Below, piece after piece: positions 19,359 to 27,606 of a stretch of DNA of 64,000 bases. The position numbers were made by a program, and so were the translations under genes. The notes under the pieces were generated by a model, which saw only the letters and a program-made list of their open reading frames with translations, was not told the origin of the DNA and did not search any database. Origin of the DNA: Betaproteobacteria bacterium (GTDB lineage Bacteria > Pseudomonadota > Gammaproteobacteria > Burkholderiales > Rhodocyclaceae); assembly GCA_009777925.1 (NCBI GenBank), contig WRKX01000001.1, positions 216-64,215 of the forward strand. The letters run 5' to 3'. The first letter of the stretch is position 1. Each line of letters starts with the position of its first letter.

Positions 19359-19530
19359 AGCAAGAAATTAGCGACAGGCATTCATGCCTGTCGCTCAAAA
19401 CGAACAAGGGAGGGGTTTGCATATCCCCTCCCTTGTTGCTACGGTCGAAACCCCGGCCTTCAGGCCGGGGGTCCAACCTCTGCGCCGCCCTGAAGGGCGG
19501 GGTCTCAAACCAGAGTTAGTTTTACGATGA
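19359..19530. repeat. Composite multi-hairpin repeat, copy 1 (inverted partner at 49547-49717; partial copy at 20655-20704)
   Basis: Consecutive hairpins are gcgacaggcattcatgcctgtcgc, caagggaggggtttgcatatcccctcccttg, ccccggccttcaggccgggg and cgccctgaagggcg, ending in ..gttagttttacgatga. The reverse complement of 49547-49717 is near-identical over ~172 bp. Confidence 0.9.
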
Positions 19531-19630
19531 ATTATGCGTTGACGAATTGCGTTATGGTCAACAAAAAGTTATTCTTGTAGGTGTGATTTTTTCATACCTT
19601 TTTTCTTTCCCCTAATCAGAGAGGTTCACC

Positions 19631-19945
19631 ATGACGCAAACTGCCCTTGTTGCCAATAAAGACAAGCTCGTTGCCGACCTTAAAGCGGTCGTCTCCGACG
19701 CTGAGGAAATTTTGAGAAGCACTGCCGATATCGCCGGAGAGAAGGTGTCCGGTCTCCGCACAAAAATCGAGGCTCGCCTGAAAGACGCAAAAATCAGACT
19801 GGAAGAGGTCGAAGTCGTGCTGATTGACAAGACCAAAGCCTGCGCCCGCGCGACTGACGATTTCGTCCACGAGCAGCCTTGGAAGGCTGTCGGCATTGCC
19901 GCCCTTTTAGGCTTGGCCTGCGGCGTTCTGATCGGTCGTCGCTGA
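19631..19945 (+). CDS. ElaB/YqjD/DUF883 family membrane-anchored ribosome-associated protein
   Basis: 104 aa. It has a coiled N-terminal part and the C-terminal anchor ..VHEQPWKAVGIAALLGLACGVLIGRR, characteristic of DUF883. Confidence 0.8.
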   Translation: MTQTALVANKDKLVADLKAVVSDAEEILRSTADIAGEKVSGLRTKIEARLKDAKIRLEEVEVVLIDKTKACARATDDFVHEQPWKAVGIAALLGLACGVLIGRR

Positions 19946-19953
19946 TAAGCGGG

Positions 19954-20346
19954 ATGTCCGGGAAAAGCGGTATTTTCCATAGCCTCAGACATTTGTGGGG
20001 CGATTTGGCGGAGGCGGCGCATGACCGTCTCCGTCTGTTCGCCAATGAAGCCGAAGAGGCGCGTATCAGGCTTATGGGCGCTTTGACCAGCGCCCTGCTC
20101 GCGCTTTTTTGCTTGATGATGGCGCTTTTCCTGTCTGTGGTCTTTTTGCTGCTTCTCTTCCCGGAACATCAGTTGGCGCTTGCTGCCGTGCTTGCCGTAG
20201 TTTTTTTCCTTGCGGCGTTACTGCTGTGGTCGGTAAGCCGCGCGAATTTCTCGCGTGAAAAGCTTTTTTCAGCTTCCATCGCGGAATTGAAAGAAGATGT
20301 CCGCGCCTTGCGCGGCGCGAACACTCCCCCTTCCGATGCACCATAA
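19954..20346 (+). CDS. YqjE-like (DUF1469 / phage-holin-family) membrane protein
   Basis: The internal start is ATG 19954 (MSGKSGIFHSLRHLWGDLAEAAHDRLRLFANEAEE..). Two TM segments follow. The gene order matches yqjD-yqjE-yqjK. Confidence 0.65.
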   Translation: MSGKSGIFHSLRHLWGDLAEAAHDRLRLFANEAEEARIRLMGALTSALLALFCLMMALFLSVVFLLLLFPEHQLALAAVLAVVFFLAALLLWSVSRANFSREKLFSASIAELKEDVRALRGANTPPSDAP

Positions 20347-20650
20347 GCTCCCGCTCATCTTTGAGGAGCGTGGTTTTATCCGCGCCCGCATAGCCGCGCA
20401 GCGCAAAACCCTGGCCGGACACGGCAAGGCTATCGAGCGCCTCTCCGCTGCCGGAGATTCCGTTTGTTCGGCGACTCGCTGGGCAAGACGGCATTTCATT
20501 GAGCTTGGGCTTATCGGCTGCGTGGCGATTATCCTGCGCCCCAAAGGTTTGCCTCGCGTGTTTCGTTTTGGAAAACGCGCTTTCTTCCTGTGGCGGATAG
20601 GAAAAAAAATCATTTCCCGCATATCTTCCCTGCGCTTTTTCTTCGGCTGA
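20336..20650 (+). CDS. YqjK-like protein
   Basis: The start ATG at 20336 overlaps the yqjE-like stop. The product is MHHKLPLIFEERGFIRARIAAQRKTLAGH.. and the gene is third in the operon. Confidence 0.5.
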   Translation: MHHKLPLIFEERGFIRARIAAQRKTLAGHGKAIERLSAAGDSVCSATRWARRHFIELGLIGCVAIILRPKGLPRVFRFGKRAFFLWRIGKKIISRISSLRFFFG

Positions 20651-20700
20651 CCTTCGCTCCGCCCTGAAGGGCGGGGTTTCAAACCGGAGTTAGTTTTACG

Positions 20701-21171
20701 ATGAAGAAAATCTCGTCCAGTCTGTTCTTCTACAAGAAAATACTTCCACTCTTTTGGTTTGGATCCCTGGCGTACTTTGTCATCGCAGGGTTCATGTATG
20801 GCGCTTTCGAGGAAGAACCAGTAGCTCTTGTTGTGCCATGCTTCATCATGGCTGCCTTTGGCTTTTTTCTCATGAAGAGGGTCGTTTGGGATCTCGTTGA
20901 CGAAGTCTACGACTGCGGTGATTCACTCCTTGTCAAGAACAGAGGAATAGAAGAAAGAGTAGCGCTGGCGAATATCATGAATGTCAGTTCTTCAACGAAC
21001 GTGAATCCTTCCAGAATCACACTTCGCCTGGTAAAACCGGGAAAGCTTGGCTCGGAGATTTCATTTTCTCCCGCTGCGCCATTTACCATCAATCCATTTG
21101 CGAAAATTCCGGTGGCAGAAGACTTGATTGTCCGCGTAGATAAAGCAAGGGGGCAACGTGCGCCCTGGTAA
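20701..21171 (+). CDS. Hypothetical membrane protein (2 N-terminal TM segments), low GC
   Basis: A 156-aa ORF. Its ATG is the last triplet of a partial copy of the composite repeat (..gttagttttacgATG). Confidence 0.5.
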   Translation: MKKISSSLFFYKKILPLFWFGSLAYFVIAGFMYGAFEEEPVALVVPCFIMAAFGFFLMKRVVWDLVDEVYDCGDSLLVKNRGIEERVALANIMNVSSSTNVNPSRITLRLVKPGKLGSEISFSPAAPFTINPFAKIPVAEDLIVRVDKARGQRAPW

Positions 21172-21288
21172 CACTTTTTCTCCGCTCCAGAACGTAGGCG
21201 AAGCGCAGCGAACCCCAACCTACAGCCTGAAGCAACATTATTTGCGGAAGCCCCCATATATGGCCTTCCCTTTTAAGCAGGACATGCC

Positions 21289-23055
21289 GTGAACAAACCT
21301 ACAACCTCTCCTCCAGCCGCCAATTTCATCCGCAATATCATCGAGGCCGACCTTGCCGCCGGAAAGCACGCAACGCGGCGCTGGGGCGGCAGGCCGGGTC
21401 TGGCTACCGTCCATGCTGCGGGGCAACCAGACCAGGCAAAAATCCGCACCCGTTTTCCGCCGGAACCGAACGGCTATTTGCACTTCGGCCACGCCAAATC
21501 CATCTGCCTTAATTTCGGTCTGGCGCGACAGTATGAAGGACGCTGCCATCTGCGTTTTGACGACACCAATCCGGAAAAGGAAGAAGCGGAATACGTCCAG
21601 TCCATCATTGACGCCGTGCGCTGGCTGGGCTTTGATTGGCAGAATGAAACGGAAAACAATCTTTACTACGCTTCCGACTATTTCGAGGCCATGCTTGCCT
21701 GCGCCGAATATCTGATTTCTGCCGGACATGCCTATGTGGATAGTCAGACTGCGGATGAAATGCGCGCCAATCGCGGCACCTTGACCGAGCCAGGCAAAAA
21801 CAGCCCTTATCGTGACCGCCCCGCCGCCGAGAGCATGGAGCTTTTCAGGCGGATGCAGGCGGGCGAATTTCCGGACGGAGCGCATGTATTACGCGCAAAA
21901 GTTGACATGGCATCCCCAAACATCAACATGCGCGACCCCGCCATTTACCGCATTCGCCATGCCGCTCATCATAATACCGGCGAGCGTTTCTGCGTCTATC
22001 CGATGTACACCTTCGCGCACCCTATCGAAGACGCGCTGGAAAACATCACCCATTCCATATGCACGTTGGAATTTGAGGATCAGCGCCCCTTTTATGATTG
22101 GCTTCTGGAACGCCTGGCGGAAGGCGGACTGTTGCTTCGCCCTTTGCCTTATCAGTATGAATTTTCCCGCCTCAATCTGACTTACGTCGTTCTTTCCAAG
22201 CGCAAGCTCATTCAACTGGTGGAAGAAGGCCATGTTTGCGGCTGGGACGATCCGCGTATGCCTACCCTCGTCGGAGCGCGTCGTCGTGGATATGCGCCGG
22301 AGGGTTTTCGTCTGATGATGGAGCGGATCGGCATCTCCAAATCCGATTCGCTGATTGACTACACCCTGCTTGAAGATTGTATGCGCGAGGTGATGAACGA
22401 CTTGGACGAACGTCGGGTCGCAGTGCTCGATCCGATAAAACTCATCATTACCAACTACCCGGAAGGCCAGACGGAAACCTGTCACGCGCCCAATCATCCT
22501 CTTAAACCGGAATTGGGCAAACGCGAGCTGCCCTTCTCCCGCGAACTCTGGATTGAGCGGGAAGATTTTCGTGAGATTCCGGAAAAAGGCTATCACCGCC
22601 TTTATCCCGATGGTTTGGCGCGGTTGCGACACGCTTATGTGGTGCGCTGTGTCGGTTGCGAAAAAGACGAAAACGGTCAGGTTACTGCCGTGCTCTGTGA
22701 ATACCTGCCGGAGACTCGTTCCGGCACGCCCGGCGCGGATAGCGTCAAGGTCAAGGGGACATTGCACTGGCTATCCATAGCCCATGCCCATGCCGCCGAA
22801 ATTCGTCTTTATGATCGCTTGTTCAAGACTACCGCCCCCGGCGCAGAAAGCGGAGATTTTCTTGCCGATCTGAATCCCGATTCCTGCCGGACGCTTAACA
22901 CATGGCTTGAGCCTTCCCTGAAAGACGCCCGTCCTGAAGAACGCTTCCAGTTCGAGCGACATGGTTATTTTGTCGTGGATTCCGACTCCCGCCCCAACGC
23001 TCCGGTATTCAACCGCGCCGTGTCGCTCAGGGATTCATGGGGGAAGTCTGGATGA
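21289..23055 (+). CDS. glnS: Glutamine--tRNA ligase
   Basis: GTG start. Contains the class I HIGH motif (PEPNGYLHFGHAKSI) and a KMSKS-like motif (VLSKRKL). The GlnRS C-terminal anticodon-binding region is present. Confidence 0.93.
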   Translation: MNKPTTSPPAANFIRNIIEADLAAGKHATRRWGGRPGLATVHAAGQPDQAKIRTRFPPEPNGYLHFGHAKSICLNFGLARQYEGRCHLRFDDTNPEKEEAEYVQSIIDAVRWLGFDWQNETENNLYYASDYFEAMLACAEYLISAGHAYVDSQTADEMRANRGTLTEPGKNSPYRDRPAAESMELFRRMQAGEFPDGAHVLRAKVDMASPNINMRDPAIYRIRHAAHHNTGERFCVYPMYTFAHPIEDALENITHSICTLEFEDQRPFYDWLLERLAEGGLLLRPLPYQYEFSRLNLTYVVLSKRKLIQLVEEGHVCGWDDPRMPTLVGARRRGYAPEGFRLMMERIGISKSDSLIDYTLLEDCMREVMNDLDERRVAVLDPIKLIITNYPEGQTETCHAPNHPLKPELGKRELPFSRELWIEREDFREIPEKGYHRLYPDGLARLRHAYVVRCVGCEKDENGQVTAVLCEYLPETRSGTPGADSVKVKGTLHWLSIAHAHAAEIRLYDRLFKTTAPGAESGDFLADLNPDSCRTLNTWLEPSLKDARPEERFQFERHGYFVVDSDSRPNAPVFNRAVSLRDSWGKSG

Positions 23056-23061
23056 TTCAGG

Positions 23062-23225
23062 CATGAATTGCGGGGTCGGAAAGACTTGCGGTTAAGCCGG
23101 AAATACTTAAAGTGATGCTTTAAGTTTATGTTATATCTTGTTGATTTTTATGGATTTTATGCTCATGATTTATCTAAACGAAAAGCTGTCCTGACAGCAT
23201 TTACAAGTTAGGCTATACTGCCATT
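23062..23225. repeat. AT-rich dispersed element, copy A (full length, ~165 bp)
   Basis: It aligns with 24515-24680 over its full length. The core ctttaagtttatgttatatcttgttgattttta also aligns with 27425-27487, 42261-42297 (rc), 55041-55072 (rc) and 63541-63590. Confidence 0.85.
23191..23219 (+). promoter_or_regulatory. Sigma-70-type promoter inside repeat copy A (CTGACA-17 nt-TATACT), facing the phzF-family gene
   Basis: The -35 box ctgaca is at 23191-23196 and the -10 box tatact is at 23214-23219, with a 17-nt spacer. It lies 29 nt upstream of the ORF start at 23248. Confidence 0.55.
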
Positions 23226-23247
23226 TTATGATATTGGTGGTTAGGTC

Positions 23248-24141
23248 ATGCTCTCATCACCTCGTTCCTTCGCCCAAATCGATGTTTTCACCGCCCAGTC
23301 AGGCATGGGTAATCCGGTTGCCGTGGTGCTCGATAGCGCCGATCTGGATGACGTTACCATGCAACGCTTTGCGCGCTGGACTAACCTGTCGGAAACCACT
23401 TTCGTGCTACCGCCCACCGATCCGCGCGCCGACTATCGGTTGCGTATCTTCACGCCCGACAGCGAGATACCGTTTGCCGGTCATCCCACGCTCGGCTCGT
23501 GTCATGCTTGGCTGGCGGCTGGCGGCACGCCGAAGTCACTCGGACGCATCGTGCAGCAGTGCGCCAAGGGATTGATTGATATTCGGAAGGATGGCAAACG
23601 GCTGGCCTTTGCCGCACCGCCCTGCCAGCACAGCGAACCTTTACCCGCCGTGCTGACACAGGTAGCCCAAGCCATCGGCGTAAACGCCGCACAAGTGTTG
23701 CGTGCGCTGGTGCTCGACAACGGCCCTGTCTTCATAACGCTGCAACTGGACAGTGCCAGCACTGTGCTAGCGCTGGAACCCGACTACGCGCAGTTGACTC
23801 GGCTGAGGCAAAATGTGGGTGTGGTTGGACGGTATTCATACGGACAAACCCGGTTGCCGCCTGCCCAATCGAACCGCGCGGCGGACGCTGGCGAGCCGCT
23901 GGTCGAGGTGCGCGCCTTTGCCCCGTTGATGGGCATCAACGAAGACCCGATCACCGGCAGCCTGAATGCCAGCCTGGCGCAATGGCTGATTGAGTCTGGC
24001 GAACTGCCCGACCGCTACGTTGCCGCTCAAGGCTCCGCGCTAGGCCGCGCGGGGCGGGTACACGTCGAGCGTGACGCGCAGGGTCAAGTGTGGGTTGGCG
24101 GCAATAGCGTGACCGTGATACGCGGCGAGGCGATGTTATGA
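23248..24141 (+). CDS. PhzF-family isomerase
   Basis: The sequence ..FAQIDVFTAQSGMGNPVAVVLD..WTNLSETTFVLPP..RIFTPDSEIPFAGHPTLGS.. is the canonical PhzF/YddE fold. Confidence 0.85.
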   Translation: MLSSPRSFAQIDVFTAQSGMGNPVAVVLDSADLDDVTMQRFARWTNLSETTFVLPPTDPRADYRLRIFTPDSEIPFAGHPTLGSCHAWLAAGGTPKSLGRIVQQCAKGLIDIRKDGKRLAFAAPPCQHSEPLPAVLTQVAQAIGVNAAQVLRALVLDNGPVFITLQLDSASTVLALEPDYAQLTRLRQNVGVVGRYSYGQTRLPPAQSNRAADAGEPLVEVRAFAPLMGINEDPITGSLNASLAQWLIESGELPDRYVAAQGSALGRAGRVHVERDAQGQVWVGGNSVTVIRGEAML

Positions 24142-24266
24142 CGATGCCAGCGCGGTAGGCTGGAGTGAGCCAAAGGCAAACCCCTACGTTGTAGTGGGTA
24201 TAACGCAAACCGCGACGACCACCTTTGAATACGCCGCGAGTCTCCCCTCTCCCACTCGCGGCGCAG

Positions 24267-24434
24267 TCATTCTTTCGCACAGACTCCAACCCACCCGTCA
24301 TTCCCGCGAAGGCGGGAATCCAGTACGGCGTTGAAAGTCACGACAACTTTCCAGAACAGGACAGGAGCGGCATTCCCCAAACACCAACGGAGCGGAAAGG
24401 CTGCTCTGGATTCCCGCCTTCGCGGGAATGACGA
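24267..24434. repeat. MITE-like element bounded by inverted REPs (gtcattcccgcgaaggcgggaatccag ... ctggattcccgccttcgcgggaatgac)
   Basis: It has the same architecture and internal sequence as 49213-49415 and 3365-3515. Its left end (cattctttcgcacagact..) is shared with 52141-52177. Confidence 0.8.
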
Positions 24435-24514
24435 GTGATTGAGCGTGGGAGAGATGAGCCAAGCCCCTAACCGTCACTTCGCCGAAATTCGCCTTTACGA
24501 AGTCCGGCTGATTC

Positions 24515-24680
24515 TGTCATGAATGGCAGGGTCGGCAAGGCGAGTTCTTCGGATCGAAAACCTAAAGCAATACTTTAGATTTATCGTATATCTCATTGAT
24601 TTTCATGGGTTTTGTGCTCATGATTTGTCTAAACGAAAAGCTGCTCTGACAGCATTTACAAGTTAGATTATACTGTCCTC
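24515..24680. repeat. AT-rich dispersed element, copy B (full length)
   Basis: See copy A. It carries the same promoter: ctgaca at 24646-24651, a 17-nt spacer, and tatact at 24669-24674, upstream of the ORF at 24714. Confidence 0.85.
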
Positions 24681-24713
24681 AAGACAATTTGTCTATACTT
24701 ATGTAGCAGTCAT

Positions 24714-25121
24714 ATGCCAGACTTCCTCACCTCAATCATTGATGAGCTTGCCAACCCAAAATCAGCCAATTTCTGGGCTGTTTGGCTATTTGCAATCGGT
24801 GGCATTTTCTCGTTCATTAAATGGCTAGGCAATTCCCGTGCAGCCAAAATAGAGCGAATCCTTACCTTTGCTTTAGTTGATGATTATGAAACCTGGGTGA
24901 AAGCACGTAGCAAATCTCAGCAATTTGATATTGATACTCTGGGCGAATGGCTTTCTAGTGGGAAAATAGCGTTGCTTGGACATGACTACTCAGTGTTCAA
25001 AAATTTCATGAAGCGTATGCAAAAAAATGGGAGAGCAATCAGTATCCCTGATGAGGATTGGTTCTTGGCAAGTTCCGAACAATACAAGTCAGCTCCAAAA
25101 TGGAGTAGAGTAGAGTGGTGA
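24714..25121 (+). CDS. Hypothetical protein with one N-terminal TM segment (low GC)
   Basis: A 135-aa ORF with the TM segment FWAVWLFAIGGIFSFIKWL. It ends 43 nt upstream of the PLD-nuclease gene and was probably co-transcribed from the copy-B promoter. Confidence 0.55.
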   Translation: MPDFLTSIIDELANPKSANFWAVWLFAIGGIFSFIKWLGNSRAAKIERILTFALVDDYETWVKARSKSQQFDIDTLGEWLSSGKIALLGHDYSVFKNFMKRMQKNGRAISIPDEDWFLASSEQYKSAPKWSRVEW

Positions 25122-25164
25122 TTAGCTGCTACAATTCAATCAACCAACATCATACGGAGTCACG

Positions 25165-25860
25165 ATGGCAAAGTTTCTGAACACAAGCGCGACGAATTAC
25201 TTCCTTGAAGAACTAATCAAGAGCGCCAAGGATAGGCTCATCCTCATCAGTCCATTTCTTCGCCTTAATGACAGAATCAAGGAACTCCTTGAAGACAAGA
25301 ACCGCCTCAAGATTGATGTGCGCGTCGTTTATGGCAAGAGCGAGCTACAGCCCGAAGAAATCAACTGGTTGAAAGAGCTTACCTTTCTCAGGACGAGTTT
25401 CTGCAAGAATCTCCACGCAAAATGTTACATGAACGAAGAGCTTTGCATCATCACGAGCCTGAACCTCTACGAGTTCAGCCAAGTGAACAATAATGAAATG
25501 GGGGTTCTCATTCGCCGCTCGGAAGACCATGAGCTTTACAAAGAATCTTACGAAGAAGCGCAACGCATTATTCGCGTCAGCGATGAAATCCGCATTTCCG
25601 TGGAAACCGTCGAGAAGGAAGCTGAGTCCTCCGTCGAAGGGGAAGACTTAGCGCCCGACAAACTGACCACATCAAAATTAGCCCAGAAGCTCGGGGTCAA
25701 GACCAATGAACTGATTGAACGACTGGTGAAGTTTGGCTATCTTGAAGCAAGGGATGGCAAGAACTACATTACTGCCAAAGGAAAAGAAGCTGGCGGTGAA
25801 TTTCGCACGAGTCCAAAGTTTGGCCCGTACTTCTTGTGGCCTGCGAATTTTCGGCCATGA
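25165..25860 (+). CDS. Phospholipase-D-family (HKD) nuclease-like protein with a C-terminal putative DNA-binding domain
   Basis: It has a single HKD-like motif, NLHAKCYMNEELCIITSLNL (H-x-K...S-x-N), as in Nuc/BfiI-type PLD nucleases. The C-terminal region TTSKLAQKLGVKTNELIERLVKFGYLEARDGKNYITAKG looks wHTH-like. Confidence 0.65.
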   Translation: MAKFLNTSATNYFLEELIKSAKDRLILISPFLRLNDRIKELLEDKNRLKIDVRVVYGKSELQPEEINWLKELTFLRTSFCKNLHAKCYMNEELCIITSLNLYEFSQVNNNEMGVLIRRSEDHELYKESYEEAQRIIRVSDEIRISVETVEKEAESSVEGEDLAPDKLTTSKLAQKLGVKTNELIERLVKFGYLEARDGKNYITAKGKEAGGEFRTSPKFGPYFLWPANFRP

Positions 25861-25935
25861 AGGCTAACCCATTGCGCCTAAGCGGATGGCCTGCGGTCGC
25901 CGCTTACCTTCCATGTTAACCTGTCGGGAAATTTT

Positions 25936-26421
25936 ATGCCGTTCACCCCAATTCATCTCGGCCCGGGTTTAGTCTGCAAGGCAATTGGGGGCAGGCATTT
26001 CAGCTTTATGGTATTTGGCGGAGCGCAAGTATTAATGGACATCGAGCCGCTTATTGGCATTCTGCGCGGCTGGGATGTCTTGCATGGTTACACGCATACC
26101 GTCCTTGGCACGCTGGTCATTGGCGCTATCGCGGGCTTCATTGGCAAACCTGTCAGTTCTTTTGTCCTCAAACGACTGCAAATCCCGCATTATCAGTTCA
26201 CATGGTCGGCGTCTTTTCTTGGCGCTTTTATCGGCACGTTTTCCCACGTCCTGCTTGATGCAATCATGCACTGGGATATGTCGCCTTGGCGGCCAATCAC
26301 CTCTGGCAATAAATTGCTTGGCGTCATTTCAATGGATGCGCTTCATTTGTCGTGCATAATTGCGGCAGTAATTGGCGCTATTGTCTGCATCATCCGTTTC
26401 AAGACACGAGGCAGGGTATAA
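25936..26421 (+). CDS. Membrane-bound metal-dependent hydrolase-like protein (YdjM/DUF4184-like)
   Basis: Contains MPFTPIHLGPG.., ..HGYTHTVLG.. and ..SHVLLDAIMH.., which are His-rich motifs, plus 4 TM segments. Confidence 0.55.
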   Translation: MPFTPIHLGPGLVCKAIGGRHFSFMVFGGAQVLMDIEPLIGILRGWDVLHGYTHTVLGTLVIGAIAGFIGKPVSSFVLKRLQIPHYQFTWSASFLGAFIGTFSHVLLDAIMHWDMSPWRPITSGNKLLGVISMDALHLSCIIAAVIGAIVCIIRFKTRGRV

Positions 26422-26478
26422 TCCTGCGCTCAAGCGGATGGTCTTCGCCGCTGCTTACCTTGTACATCAGGCCGCAAC

Positions 26479-26883
26479 ATGCCCTTTCTTCGATTCGTCA
26501 TTACCAAGGTAAACCCGGACTCTGAAGTTGAGGATGGACTCTTCAATACAGCATATGCTTTGCGAAAAGCGTCCATGCCGGAACAAGTCCGCCTTGAACT
26601 GGAAGAGCATCTGACTTGGTTCAACAAGAATCTGGCAGTCCCGCGCCGCTTCAATCGTTCAAAATCCAAAGGCTACTTCCATAGGCGCAAAACAAAGGGG
26701 ATTTCGTGGTTTCGTGATACTGCTGTGGATCACGTCGCGCGAATGCATCGTCTAAAGCGCATAGTGGAGTCGAATGGTTATCATGTCTCAATCATCAGGG
26801 AAGATCGCGTGGGTTACATCGTGTATGAAGACGAATATCAGGTGGTGGCAGAGCCGTTCGCGGACACCAAAACCAGCTCGTGA
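26479..26883 (+). CDS. Hypothetical protein (cassette ORF)
   Basis: A 134-aa ORF in the same orientation as its neighbours. No family recognised. Confidence 0.45.
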   Translation: MPFLRFVITKVNPDSEVEDGLFNTAYALRKASMPEQVRLELEEHLTWFNKNLAVPRRFNRSKSKGYFHRRKTKGISWFRDTAVDHVARMHRLKRIVESNGYHVSIIREDRVGYIVYEDEYQVVAEPFADTKTSS

Positions 26884-27052
26884 ATGTGTTATGCTTCAGG
26901 CATTCAGTTTGGCTTTGCGCTTACGTGGATGGCCTTCGGCTCACCTTAAGCGTTAAGTATGCGCTGAAACTTTCCTAACAATTCGTTCAACTCGGACGTG
27001 CTAAAATGCGCCGGTTAATTTTTACATTTGGCTTCATAATGCCGCACTCCGA

Positions 27053-27424
27053 ATGCAAATTGAGAAGAGGAAACTTGCCAAGGGCTTGAGCTACCCGCTC
27101 CGAGCCTCCGTATTGGAGGCAGCCCTGTCCGCTTTCACCATTGACGCACATCTTATTCAAGGCGGCGGGAGGCGCAATGTACTATTTGAGTGTTTCTTCT
27201 GGCCTCACAATCCCAATGTGTCCCACGAGCGCCTGTACATTCGCACAACCGCTGTTCCGGTAGCCAACGCACATGAAGCCCGCACATTCATCGAAAACTC
27301 AGTTATCCCTGAATTGTCCACTTGGGTTCAAGGCATCCTGGCGTTAGCGCCAAACTCAACTGTTCGCCGCGAGGAACAATACTTTGAGCGTTCTCTTGCA
27401 AGATATGCGATCAGTCAAAAATAG
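27053..27424 (+). CDS. Hypothetical protein (cassette ORF)
   Basis: A 123-aa ORF with no family recognised. AT-rich repeat copy C follows it directly. Confidence 0.45.
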   Translation: MQIEKRKLAKGLSYPLRASVLEAALSAFTIDAHLIQGGGRRNVLFECFFWPHNPNVSHERLYIRTTAVPVANAHEARTFIENSVIPELSTWVQGILALAPNSTVRREEQYFERSLARYAISQK

Positions 27425-27606
27425 TTAAGGTAACACTTTAAGTTTATATTATATCTTATTGATTTTCATATGATTTATGCTCATTACAACTTCAGTCATG
27501 GCGTATTTGCCCAATGTGCGCGGATAAAAGGCAAACATTACAACCTGTTTCCTGATTCCGAACATTGACCGATAATGCGCCTTTTTCCTGCGTACTGGTG
27601 ACTGGT

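Noticed and set aside
19371-19395. The hairpin gcgacaggcattcatgcctgtcgc as a simple rpoH terminator
   Set aside because: It lacks a following T-tract and is part of a 172-bp repeat that also occurs in inverted orientation in front of btuC. A terminator role is possible, but it is not a canonical intrinsic terminator.
23056-27500. I searched for an integron integrase or other tyrosine recombinase next to the cassette-like islet
   Set aside because: No ORF in or beside the islet shows recombinase motifs (R..HxxR..Y). The cassette idea is therefore reported only as a CALIN-like hypothesis.
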